From Microthyrium microscopicum (lineage: Eukaryota): DNA of 64,000 nucleotides. Below the pieces are notes generated by a model. That model did no database searches. It was not told the DNA's origin and was given only the letters and a program-made list of their open reading frames with translations. Position numbers and translations under genes: made by a program. Below are positions 26,053-38,283 of the stretch, in pieces. Position 1 is the stretch's first letter; each line of letters opens with the position of its first letter. The stretch is taken from positions 758,538-822,537 of the forward strand of contig MU004235.1 in the NCBI GenBank assembly GCA_010405405.1. Reading direction: 5' to 3'.

Positions 26053-27126
26053 GATGAAGGTTTTTCCAAGGAACCAGCTGGTATAGTCAAAGACTTTTTG
26101 GGCTCGAATACGCGTCGAAACGCGTCGAGTTGAGGTTGGACGACTCGTCAGACGAGACAAGACCGGTGTTGACGGAGCCGGAGTCAAAGTCGACTGGAGT
26201 GGGCGTAATTGCTGGAAGGTGAGGTGAAGGTAGATTTAGACGGTAATGGAGGATTCCTAGAGCGGAGGTCAGGAATGGCTCTGGGAGGCGGTTGGAGGTG
26301 TGATATAGTGGGATCTTCGGAATTACCTTGAAGGATGGCGCTCTCCTTGCGTCAAGGGCGGTGGACCAAGCGTAGAAATCTGGAACCGGGAGCCCGATGG
26401 CGTGAATCGTAAAGGCGTGAGTTGTAAGTACTGATGCTCTGGAAATAATTGTAGTCAATACTGAGTGGGAGTAGTGGAGGATATGGTGTTGAAATCTAGG
26501 TGGGTGGTGGTAGATAGAGATTGGAGAAAGGTGGGCTGGAGGAGCGAAGCACTTTTGCAAGTGAAGGAAGCGACAATGGAGCTTGGCATCGGGACTGGGT
26601 GACTGGGAGGGGAAGGCACGACAGGCACGAATTCAAGTCAAATCAGGTCCCACTTGCCCAATGCCAACTTCCTTGGTTGTTCTTTCTCTAAAGTGTCTTG
26701 GGTGTACAATATGCAACGTGTATTGCCGGCTCTATCCTTGTTCGTAGCAAGTCCTTTTGCCTTTAGCGCCGTGAAAGCTCCTTCCAAAACACCGTGGCCA
26801 GTCATTAATTCTCAGTCTTCTTTCCATTTTATTTCTCTCAACTGAGCGCTTGACACGTAGCTTCCGTAACTCGTTCCTCAATATCGGGTACCTGGATTGC
26901 CCTGTACTGCAGCTCAGCCTTTTAAACGTTGAATGAAAATTTCTGAAGCCTCTATCCATCACAGCAAAATCGTCTTATCTTTGCGATTCATGCTCGTAAG
27001 GATTCTATGGATATGTAGTACCGTCTCCAAGCTGCACTCTTCATCCGTCTTGCAGATAGCTGTGCATAACCAACGTTTCATCCACTGGCTGATGCTCCGC
27101 CGCCTTTTATCAAGAACTGCAGCCCG

Positions 27127-27198
27127 ACGCGTCAAAACGCGTCGACGAGGTGGAGTAGCGTGACTAGTAAACAAAGCCCCGAGCCTCTCAGCCAATCA
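27127..27198. promoter_or_regulatory. Paired MCB elements, forkhead site and CCAAT box upstream of the forkhead gene
   Basis: ACGCGT at 27127 and 27137, GTAAACAA at 27167, CCAAT at 27192. Confidence 0.5.
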
Positions 27199-28099
27199 AA
27201 CATACCTCGGTCGCGTATCCCTGCAAAATGAGATCCAGATATCTCGCGTTGGACTGCTAGAAACGTCATTAACACGACCGATCGTATGCTTCAGTTCTTC
27301 AATTTGTGCGCTGTGTAGTCTACAAGGCTGCTTTGCCCAACCGTATTACAGTTTCATGCGGGGTTGAAGCCGGCAAGAAATGGTTAAACATGTCATGAAA
27401 TGGTCGGATTCTTCTTGCTATTGGATCGAGATACACTCTCATCGTAGGTGATGTCTACCACTAGGCACGCTGTGAACCCAACTGTTTTCCTAGCGAATGC
27501 GCTGGAACAGGAAGATAGTGTGTTCTGTTACCTGTAGGTTGCGATAATAGGTAATGTAAGTCCATGAAAACACGCCGGTCATATTGTTCCCCAGTTGATA
27601 ACTCTACGGTGTCCGTTTGATATGGAACATTGGCAGCGAAGTTGTCATGACGGTGCATCTCGATTTGATCATTTGATTGTTGCGAGAGTACTCTATTCAG
27701 GGATTCCTAGCACATGCGAACCATATCAGCCGTCCCTTGGTTCTAAGCTCTTCACAACCTCTTGGCCCGAAAGGCTGAGTAGATTGACAGCAAGGACTGT
27801 TTCTGATCCGAACCAAAGAACCTTGACTTTCCGCGTCCCAGTTCCCGTAGAACTATATCGACTCATGGCACCTTGTACCCACTCGCCTCTAAAATGCCTC
27901 CATCGGCCTTCAATATACGATGATCTGCCTTTTTGGCTTCTTGTTCACCACTGATTGGACATCACTAATCTGCTACTCAGCTCTAAGCTTTAAGCAATAT
28001 CTTAGCAAGGCTCACCGCATTCAGATCGAGATGCACATAGCCATGTCATGCATTCTGATTTATTGGCTTCAAACACGCCAACTACTGTCGCATTGTCGC

Positions 28100-28597
28100 T
28101 CAATCGCTTGATGAACAGCCCCGACATCCACAACTCACACACTGTATCTCATGGTCTTCCTTCATCTGTTCCCGCGGCACACGGCATATGCACGTGCTGT
28201 TGAAGTTGGTTTCTTTCGTTTGTATACAGCGCAGACAGCAGAGTTTCTCGTAACCCTGCTTCTTCCACTTTGCGATCAGGTTTGCGTCTGCGTATCCGTT
28301 TTTAAGGAGCCAATCGTAGAGTTTCTTGGATATCGCTTCTTTCTCATAATATAGATCGTAAATGTATCGTGACCCTGTACATGACATTAGACGTGGACAC
28401 GCAAAGGTGATTCTTGATGACTGACGTTGATGTGTGATTTGGAATATGGGCCATAGCATCTCATGCTTCTTCTTGCCTTCATGCGACGCATTTTCGGCAT
28501 CTTTCATCGCATTTGCGAACTCGAGTAGTGTGTCTTCTATATCGTCGAAGCCATCAGGCGGCGGCTTGCGATTCTTCGCCGAGCGAATTGGCGGCAT
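28100..28597 (-). CDS. BUD31: Pre-mRNA splicing factor Bud31/Cwf14 (G10)
   Basis: SRYIYDLYY, WKKQGYEKLCCLRCIQ, CICRVP, CGCRGCSSSD; 51-nt intron 28425-28375. Confidence 0.97.
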   Translation of the reverse strand: MPPIRSAKNRKPPPDGFDDIEDTLLEFANAMKDAENASHEGKKKHEMLWPIFQITHQRQSSRITFACPRLMSCTGSRYIYDLYYEKEAISKKLYDWLLKNGYADANLIAKWKKQGYEKLCCLRCIQTKETNFNSTCICRVPREQMKEDHEIQCVSCGCRGCSSSD

Positions 28598-28856
28598 TTC
28601 GTAGAGGGGTATGTCGAAGAAGAGGTCGTCCAGAGAGTAAGGAACAGAAGGTAGGAAACTATGAGGCTTGCATTGATCTGTGAAGGACCTTGGAATTTAT
28701 TGATGTTTTGCCAGAGTTACCAAAAAAAGTTGCCCCGCGAGGTAACCTCACGCGGCTAAATCCAAGCGACTGTCAAACTGCGCGCTGAAATAGGCGCCGA
28801 GCCGCCCTCTTACTTCAACCCCAAAAGCTCAATACCAGGAACTTTAAGCAGGCACA

Positions 28857-29487
28857 ATGGTTCTAAATCCCACGCTATACGCGAAGACGATTCGGTCGTG
28901 TGAGTCTCTGTGTCTTCCTTCGACATAAAAAGCTAATACAAGCTCTAGCCGTGTCCGCGACCGACAGTAAAGACAGAGTACTGCAAGCATATCGACAATG
29001 GCTTCGAGCGGTACGTGAGCTCTGATAGACTCGAGAACACCTCAAACCTCGAACACTCGGACAAAAGCTACCTTGATACTTTGACTCGGAGCTAATGATT
29101 TGTCTTTGCGATATAGGCGCCCGAAATACAGACCATGTACTCCCTCAACATGCCTGTAGCGAGACTTCGAACAAAAATGCGACAGGAATTTGAAAGACAT
29201 CGTTACGTTGCGCAGCTACCAACCGTCGATGTACTCCTCTCAAAATCGGATATGGAATTCCAGGTACATACTGGGCCTCAAGGAGGAAGTGGGTCTACAT
29301 AAGCTAATGCACAGTTTAGGAAACCATGAATTACTGGAAACAAGTGAATCACGTCCTGAAATATTTTGCGGCAGAAGAGAATCCCAATACCAAACTCCCG
29401 CATAACTTCATAGGCGGATTTTTAGAGGTTGGTGCAAACAACTGTTATTGCGAAACTTCACTAACATCTCCGCAGGGACGGAACTGA
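28857..29487 (+). CDS. NDUFA6: Complex I accessory LYR-family subunit NB4M/B14 (multi-exon)
   Basis: Spliced RVLQAYRQWLR / APEIQTMYSLNMPVARLRTKMRQEFERHRYV / ETMNYWKQVNHVLKYF / FLEGRN*. Confidence 0.9.
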
Positions 29488-29611
29488 GCATTGACATATA
29501 GCGGTAATTGTTCATAGCAGAAAGTAAATGGCTCAAAGCCTTCGAATTCAAATCATAAACACCAATGTCCTATATGCGCCTTCTACGTTTTTGGGTATAA
29601 TGAATCAGGAA

Positions 29612-30177
29612 TCATGCGGTCATTTGGCTATCCGACTCATTTCGTGCCTCATTAAACTTTTCCACCACTACATCACAAAGATCCGCCAGATCGTCGAGAC
29701 CCTTCTCTAGAACCTCCTGTGCACTAACGTCGTCTGTGATTGCTGTTAGCATTACTGGCTGTTGATCAAGGCCAAAGCGTTAACCATAGGTCTGAATTCG
29801 GATATGCATTTTTGCTTCTGCTGGATGTGGTATGGAGTAGCCGCAGAATTCCACTTGGGGACTGAATATTGGTTAAGATGTATCCTTGAGTCATAGTCAA
29901 ATTCCATACTTCTTCATGATGATATGTCGGAGAGCGTTGCCCAAAGTGTGATCTTCATATCTGAAGAGGAACGAGGCTGCGTTGTCAGTGGCACCTGGAA
30001 GCTGTTTATAGCCTGTTAGATAGAGAACTGCTTACTCAGAGATAATCTAATTACCAGCTCGATTAATTTCTCATCGCCTTTCAGGACTGGTGGCAGTTCG
30101 CTGAACTCTTCGTTGAGACCCTTGGGTTCGTCGTCTTCCTGATCAGCTAGAGAGGGATCTTGACCATCTTCAGCCAT
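29612..30177 (-). CDS. RPC19: RNA polymerase I/III subunit AC19
   Basis: Spliced [23 protein letters not shown] / [13 protein letters not shown]...IRIQT / [13 protein letters not shown]. Confidence 0.93.
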
Positions 30178-30426
30178 TTTGAATCGCCAGGTGCGGGGGG
30201 GTGTTTGTTGCTATATCTTGGAATCTGAGCGAGATATTCGTGGTAGCAAGACTTTGGTTCTGAACAGCAAAGGTGGTGAAGAGGTAGAGTAGAAAAAATG
30301 TATCCAGGATCTAATCTAATCTCCCCGCATCATCATCTTCAAGTGCATCAAAAGTTTTTAAAGGAGTTTCCATCCTGGGATATACAAGCCAATTGTGTCC
30401 CGATTATAACTCCCTTGCCGCTCATC

Positions 30427-31392
30427 ATGCCCGCTCGAACCGCTACAATCAAGCGCGATACTAACGAGACCAAGGTTCACTGCATCGTCAGTATAGATGG
30501 TGGCCCACTAGCTGATGTTCCCGCCGAGTCCAATGGCGAGAGCCGTTCGCATGCGAAGCAGATATCCAAGGCCCAACATATTGACATCGATACGGGCATT
30601 GGCTTCTTGGACCATATGATTCACCAGCTGGCCAAACATGGCGGCTGGAGTCTGTGGCTGCGCTGTTCTGGAGATACTCACAGTATGTCGATCATTTAAT
30701 ATGGATCAGACTTTCTTTCTTGCTATCATCGAACCCTTTACACTTGACCTGCCATAGTATGACCTCGACTATACTAACTTTATTTCAGTTGACGACCATC
30801 ACACGTCCGAGGACACTTTCATCGCCATAGGAACAGCTTTTAAGGAGGCCCTTGGCAGTACCAACGGGCTCAAGCGATTTGGGTACGCTTATGCTCCACT
30901 CGACGAAGCTCTCTCACGCGCCGTTGTGGACTTGTCGAATCGGCCCTTCTGTGTGGTCAATCTGGATATCAAACGAGAGAAGATTGGTGATCTGAGTACG
31001 GAGATGCTGCCACACATGCTTCACAGCTTTGCGATGCATGGAGGCGTGACAATGCACGTAGACTGTATACGTGGCGAGAATGATCACCATCGAGCAGAGA
31101 GTGCGTTTAAAGCATTGGCACAGGCATTGCGAGCTGCAGCAGAAGCAAGACCGGTAAGCTTTCCCCCAACCTTTTCCCTTTTCTCAGAGAGCATGCAACA
31201 TGCTTTAGTATTATTCTACGGTGCGCAACCCACGCCAATGTTGCATATGGGCAGGTGCGCGTGTTTTCGTCTTTTAAGACATCCCATAATCATCGTGTAT
31301 CAAGGCACGAAGAGCGAGCTTTCGGTCACTACGTTCTAACATATTTCCAGGGTATGGAGGGAGAAGTGATGAGCTCTAAGGGTGTGTTATAG
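30427..31392 (+). CDS. HIS3: Imidazoleglycerol-phosphate dehydratase
   Basis: [46 protein letters not shown]-terminal SSKGVL*; two introns. Confidence 0.97.
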
Positions 31393-32104
31393 AACGGGAT
31401 CTTTGCGAATGTATTGCTGCTATCTGCAGCGAAGAGTCTGGGTTTGGCAGGCTCTGGCACATTGGCTGGCATGGCCTCAGGCGCAGCCTGATTCTGAAGC
31501 CCAGCAGATCAGTAGGAGAAGGACTGAAGAGGCTGGCGTAAGAAAGGGCTCAATCGCCACCGTGTCTGGCAAGGCGCTACTTGTGCTTCCATATGTATCG
31601 CGGGCTGTATTGCTTGAGAGACGCACGCATTCATAAGTAGCTGTGGCGCGGACTGCTCATTGATGATAGTCCCGTAAGCGCATGATCAGGCAGTGATCCA
31701 GTCTAATGGCTGCGAATGTATCATTTGGCTAGCCAGCGGTTGTGATTTTACTCGTCATTGCTATGGTGAATGCATTATATTTCAAAGTTGGGCATGCTAT
31801 ATGTCAAATTATTATCAATGAAGTGTCATTGAAGAAACGCGCGCTAAATTAGGCCAATAGGGGAAATCTCGGCTCGATCCCCTAGGCGGCTTTTGGGCTA
31901 ACGACAGTCCACGACAACATCGTTGCAGGCTAGCCAAACCAAAACCTCCAGGTCACCATCTTCGACAAACGAGCCCACGCTTATCCCAGTTTTCATCTTC
32001 AATCCTGCATTGGCATTTGTGTGTCGTCGCAAACTTCCCATTGGATTCCATATACATCTCGTATTCTCTTGCGGAAACCGCACTCTCCTATCATCAGCGT
32101 CATC

Positions 32105-33012
32105 ATGTGGATTATCGATTGGTATGTTGCATGGCAAGCTTCTAGTACAAAGTTATGAGCTAACAAGAACGCAGGTGTAAGTTATCCTCGTACAACCAGC
32201 TAGACTCTCGATAATTGCGATTCGTACATGGCCATTACTCACACGCACGACAGTCTGGGACTTGCTCTCATCTCTGGGCCTTGCCAACAAGCACGCGAGT
32301 ACGTTTCCCTACCTACCGCCAGCGCATAAATCACTAAACCATAGTCTTCAGAGCTCCTATTCCTCGGTCTCGATAATGCCGGCAAGACAACGCTCCTCCA
32401 CATGCTCAAGAACGACCGCGTTGCTGTCCTCCAACCTACCCTCCATCCTACCTCCGAAGAGCTGAGCATCGGCAATGTCAAATTCACAACCTTCGACCTT
32501 GGCGGTCACGCTCAAGCACGACGATTATGGCGAGATGTATGCATCACAGCTACCATAGGCTACATACTGTACTAATTGGCGTTGATAGTACTTCCCAGAG
32601 GTTTCAGGCATTGTCTTCCTAGTCGACTCGAAAGACCACGAACGTTTCCCAGAGGCGAAAGCTGAACTCGACGCGCTTGTACGATAATCGAAACTTGCTA
32701 AGTGTCAATTCGTGTACTGACAATGCCATAGCTATCCATGGAAGAGCTCTCCAAGACGCCCATGCTCGTTCTCGGCAACAAAATCGATCGTCAGTTCTGG
32801 CGTTCCTAGTCGTATTATCCACTCACTAACAACGTTCAGATCCTGACGCCATCTCCGAAGATCAGCTTCGCGCAGTCCTTGGTCTTTATCAAACCACCGG
32901 TAAAGGCAAGATCCCGCTCGAAGGCATTCGACCCATTGAAGTTTTCATGTGTTCCGTCGTCATGCGTCAAGGATACGGTGATGGCATCCGCTGGCTCAGC
33001 CAGTACGTCTAA
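32105..33012 (+). CDS. SAR1: COPII small GTPase Sar1 (multi-exon)
   Basis: [51 protein letters not shown]. Confidence 0.97.
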
Positions 33013-33149
33013 TACAGCTATTTCAAGGTGTAGCGGTAGATAGGGCATGTAATACTAGCTTGATTTTGTTTGCTGAGAGCTATAATTTAGTCTATTAGCC
33101 AACTATCATAACCAAAATGCGCTATGCCCTGTGAATTCCCTTTCACCCT

Positions 33150-33994
33150 TTATGGGCGCTGGCTCCCAGTGACTCCGGAGTCCGATGCTCCCATCGAATC
33201 TTTCTCTAATACCTGCCATCCCGAAGCGGCGTTCGCCCATAAGTTGCTCATGTGATTAGCTATCGCCCCGAAATAGCTACTGCACAAGAACCAAGAACAT
33301 CCATAAGCAATCGAGACTTCCAACACCAAAACAAAGGGCTGCAGACTTGGAATCGAAGACAAATTCAAAATTGCGCTAAGAACAATCGACCGAAAACCCC
33401 AAGGTAGACCCAAGATGTCGTCCCAAGTCTCGATTTTAGGTTTGGTGACTCCTTTTGGAATTCGTAACGTTTCCGCTTTCGGCAGTCGCGGTTGCGGTTG
33501 CGGTTCTGGTCGTGGTATAGGTCGTGATGTGCGCTTTGGGAGTGCGCGGGTTGTTGAAAGTGGCGACATGATAATGGTTTCCAAAAGCTTCTACTTGAGC
33601 GTCAGCATATTCCATGAAGAGGGGATGACTTACTCATCAAAAGCCAGATGATTGGCAATCTTCTCGTCTTCGAATCAGACGCGTGAAGAATGTCGTTCCT
33701 TCGGTGACAATAAGTGGGAAGCGACAATGAGCAACTCTAAGAAAATGTTAGATTGAAGCCCTCCAGAGTGTGACGTTCACAGTTGACTCATAGGAGCCGT
33801 GAGGGGGCTGGAAAAATGATGGGAGCTGTGAAATGATGGAACCTGTAAGACTGATGGGATGAGTCAGGATGGTAAAATCTGTGAGGACGATGAAGCTGAG
33901 AGGATGATGATCCTGAGAAAGTGTTGCTGCTGACAGAGTTTGGGGACGTACTATAGAGGTTGTTGTTCTATGGTTTGGAAAGGAGGCAAACCGT
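33150..33994 (-). pseudogene. Disabled copy 3 of the MGCGP small-protein family
   Basis: Exons 33994-33952, 33736-33634, 33590 onward; IIMSPLSTTRALPKR...PKGVTKPKIET; ACG start, TAG and TGA in frame, frameshift at the start of exon 3; splice sites intact. Confidence 0.75.
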
Positions 33995-34830
33995 TGGAGA
34001 TGGCCTTGTAAGATGAAGAATGGATGATCAAGGCGGTAGGGAGATTAAAGTAGCTGGGCAGAGCGGAGACGGAGGTAATTAATAGAAAAGCAGTAGGAAG
34101 TTACTACTGGAAGAAAAAGGCAGGAGAGCGGCACTTACCATTGTTCTCAGCGATGCTTGATCTTCTAGGAAGTCACGAGCAAGAGTCCGCAGCCTCTAGA
34201 TCTTGATTCTTTATAGACAAATCTAAGACAAGCCCTGGTTTTGGAGTTGGATGGAGTGACTCTCGTTTCTTCATCACTTCATAGGCCTTTACATCTTGAC
34301 ACAGAGCACGATCCAATCTTTGGAAGACGACAGGAGCCACGCCACAGTCAGGTAAGCAATCTCTGTTTCAAGACATACAAGGACAAGAGGGACGCCGCTC
34401 ATGAGGATGATTACATGCTAGCGATAAGGCAATTGGAAGACAAATGAATTGCGCGGCCCGTCAGCTTCTTTGGCACCCACTCGCTACTCTGTATCATTGA
34501 CTACTTTGTTTCCCATTGAGTACATAGAAGAGCCCCTGAAATATGGAATACGATGGGCATTGGAGAGCACAATCTCCATAGGATGTGGTGATAGATATCG
34601 CCCTCGGTTGGAGCGTGCCATTTATTTTGTCAGCCAGTTGATCAGAATCAGGCTTGGTGCTTTGACTCAAGTGCAGACATATATTACAGCAGAGTAGTCG
34701 AAACTGTCAATGTTATTAACTTTCATTGCCATGCTCATGATAGGTTGTATCAAATTGTCGTGCGACAAGGTGGTAGAGGAAGGTTATTAACGTGTTATGT
34801 TCTTATGCTTAGGAAGTTACACTACTAGTA

Positions 34831-36299
34831 CTAGTAGTTCGGCTCATCATTGTAATAAGAAGTGCCTAGTCCGGTTAGCGACGACTTTGACGCTCTGTAT
34901 ATGACTTACCATGCTCGACCTCTTCTCCATCGCTGTGGATCAACCAGTCAAATTTCATGCTGATATATTGCATAAGATGACTCGCCATCTTGATCTGGCC
35001 AATATCTGTTGGATGCCAATTCGGACCCTAGGCGAGTCAGCATGAACCATTTTACTAACATTCATACGCTCACAATATTGTTATACCGCATGATTCCTGT
35101 GGTATTGAAGTAGTGAATCCAGCCCTGCTCCTTGTACTTGTCGTAAACAGCCAGAATTTCGTCCTTAAAAGGGCCATTCTGCGTCCAGTGATCTCCATTC
35201 TCGTAGAATCCATTCGACAAGCTCATCAATATCACCTGTGTTTTTGGCCAAATTGCATGGATCTTTCCCACAAACTCTGTATAGCTCTTCTGAAACTCGG
35301 CCTTGGTGATGTTGAACTTCTCATTATTGTCGTTCGTGCCTAGGTTCACCAGCACTATGTCTGCTGCTGGCTTGCTTGCAAAGTCCCACATCTCATATTT
35401 CTCGCCATATAGTTGATGTGCGCGCCACGCCGGATCTTGTGTTCGGAACCACTGGAACTCCATCCCGTGGTGCTGCCCCCAGCATTCGATGTCGCGCAGA
35501 CAGGTACCGGGATATGCGGATATACTGAACTCGGTTTGGCCGAGACCAGCGCCGAGTGACCATGCCCAGCTAGATAGGCCCTCATAGCGATTATATTGGC
35601 CAGCTGTTAATGAGTCGCCAATGATTTCAAGGCGGCGCGGATAGTCAGGAATGTGCACGAGAGAGCCATCGCTGGCGACGTGGACGCCGGCAATCTGTAC
35701 ACCATAGCTCCAGTTGGTGACGCGCAGCTCAAAGGTCTTTTGGGGATTAGAAGTCTTGTTGAAGCCTGGAGAGGCGCGGGTGACAAATTGGTGAGTTGAG
35801 GAAGCAGAGATGTTGCTGAATTGCCAATCTTCAAAGTTGAGGCGATAGGCGACGAGGACTCTGTTGGTTGTTTCCTTGCCAAATGTGACTGCAACCTTAT
35901 GCACGATCAGCTCGTTGTAAACGCTTCACACGAGGATTGGATACCTACTTTATCCCCAGTGAAGCCGAATTTCAAACCTGGTGCTCTATTAATCTTGCTT
36001 TAGTATTTTCATGTCGTTTCGATAAGCCCGAATCACACTTACGACCAGACTAATGATGGTTAGTTCAAAGCAGACCATGCGAGAGGTAAGGTCTTACAAG
36101 AAATATGTTGGGAATCCCATCTCCCTTTGTACGAAAGCTCGGTCGCATTTGGTGGGAATGACTTCCATCCAGTTTCAGACGCTGTCACCGTCGGTATGGA
36201 AGTGTCTGGATATGTTTCTATCTTGCTTTTCCCATTCTCAACAATCCCACACGATACACCAGAAACGAGCAGAAATGAGAGTGCTGTTGAAACCCACAT
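34831..36299 (-). CDS. Secreted SGNH/GDSL esterase, CE2-like
   Basis: Signal peptide MWVSTALSFLL; IIGDSLT, VNLGTND, WHP motifs; several introns. Confidence 0.88.
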
Positions 36300-36722
36300 C
36301 ACGAATTTTACTTCCAGTGTAAATTCCAAATTTCACATCATTTTGATCGTGAGTAGTAGAAAGGCTAGGATTTATGTGGTTTGTTCTCCCAGGTTTTTCC
36401 GCAACAGGGTCCAGGTGTATATTTTTTTAGATTTGAAATATATTGCTCCGTTCTAGAAGCTATATCAGCGTTTCTATAAGGGTTTATAATTCGTGGACAC
36501 TTACAGCTTTGTTCTTTAACCAAAGACTTTTGATTCTACCAATCCTGGTGTAACCTCCATCTGTCATGATATCAACAATGCAGCAGATGATGGAATGAAG
36601 TTAACATACGTTCACAAGCTCTAAAGAATAGGATGAAATGTTTAGATATGATACAGTCTTGAATACATTCATTAGTAGTACATTAAATGCGAGCCGCTGT
36701 AATGTGATGGTATGTTCGGCTT

Positions 36723-37901
36723 TCAATATTCACCGCCAAGTCTACGACCCGGGCCTCGACCGCTATTCCAACCACTTGTGTTTGCTGTTGGAGGTTCTTG
36801 ACTCGATGGACGGATGAATTGACCATAACTACGGGCCTCTGCGGTACCACCACGCGGCCGGAACCAATTCTGCACAAATGAAGGTGTTGGCACTAAATTA
36901 CGGCCTCCTCCAAAAGTTGGCCAAATGCGAGTAAGGAAGTCATACAAATGTGCAGAAACGAGTCCAGTAAGCTCAATAAACGCACTGGAGTAACCGCCTG
37001 ACACAGCTGAAATGGCCAGGAGAGCATATGGGAGGTATTTGGCGGGAAATGTAAGGATAAACATTGTGACATTCGAATCGGGATTGTCCTGGCTGAATGT
37101 GTAGGCGAGGCCAACCACGAGTGCTTTCATAAGAGCCGCACCTCCTAGAAGGTATCCTCCAGAGAACTAGTTCAAGTCGTTAGCATCAAGCTTTTCCCAT
37201 GAGAAGAAATGAATAGATGGTAGAATGTAGGGAGCCAACACCACCGTATCAGAATAGATGTCTGTACGATTTTCTCAATTAGCATTCCCACCAATCTCAC
37301 ACTCCTACGGCGCCTTGGATTGAGTTTGCGAATGACGGCCACCGCAGGAATGCAAGGATTAATCTCCCTCAGTTTTAGGAACCAACAAGTCTATTTGGGA
37401 AGACGGTGCGGGCAGATATAAGAGGTTCGAAAGTCATGTTTGACGTATCACGAAGCAAGGTGCAAGGGAGTCAAGTGCTTACCGTGATCATGCCCATAAG
37501 GAAGGCCATGTAGACAAAATACGAGCCATGCTCGCGGAATCGAGGAGAATGGAGCTCCAGTGTACTGGAATATGTGTATACTAGGAAATGTTAGGGTCAG
37601 TCGACTGTGACACGGGCCAAAACGTACAGAAATATGCATCCAAAATGATTCCCAGCCCACTTCCAGTTATGCAAAATGCCGACAGAACTCGCCATATTTC
37701 AGGAATCTTCGGGGGCATTTGAAAGACATAATCGGCGTAAAATACCCAGGGCTGGGCGCTGATCATATGAGAATGAATGAGGACGGAAAGAACAACAGTA
37801 GCAACGACAAGGACCCTGACTGATATTAGTTTGCAGCCTGGAGATGGAGCGCTGGATGGTATTTACCGTGTTACAGGAGGCCATGACTGAACGACTTCCA
37901 T
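36723..37901 (-). CDS. Derlin (Der1/Dfm1 family ERAD membrane protein)
   Basis: MEVVQSWPPVTR, PEIWR, FPAKYLPY, GLVSAHLYDFL, C-terminal GPGRRLG SHP-like box. Confidence 0.9.
37255..37440 (-). ncRNA. Candidate intronic structured RNA (possibly H/ACA snoRNA) in the derlin intron
   Basis: ~370-nt intron; AGATTA H-box-like motif followed by a 17-bp stem with five G-U pairs; ACA downstream. Confidence 0.4.
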
Positions 37902-38283
37902 CGTAGCTGTGGAGATTTGGGGTTTGCTTTGTGAATGGTGATATCGAGTCGCTATTGAACAACCATCACGGTTTCAAGGAATGACGAAGGAGATGAATGA
38001 TGGAGTTGGCAGAGACACGCCCACCCCAAGTGCTCTGGGGAAGAAGACAGCTGGAGGTTGATGGATCCCACGAAAGCTGTTCTTTTTTTGAGGCGAAGCT
38101 TTGGCTGACCAACCACCAGCTGTCTCCCCTGATTGGCTGGTTGTGCCCCACTAAAACACACGGGCCATCCGTTGAGTTGATCTTCAATTGAGCTCACGAG
38201 CTTCAACTTTTGGATCGGAATCAGAAGGTCATACATGAATTATATCACCATTCACGATATATGTTAGATATCACCCTACTATA

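Noticed and set aside
26053..26187. TTG-initiated N-terminal extension of the forkhead ORF
   Set aside because: More simply 5'UTR; no support for non-AUG use.
28375..28425. Apparent 17-aa insertion in Bud31
   Set aside because: Ordinary 51-nt in-frame intron with canonical signals.
31154..31350. Longer HIS3 intron with a small hairpin (agagcatg...catgcttt)
   Set aside because: No clear C/D or H/ACA boxes; stem too short to be significant.
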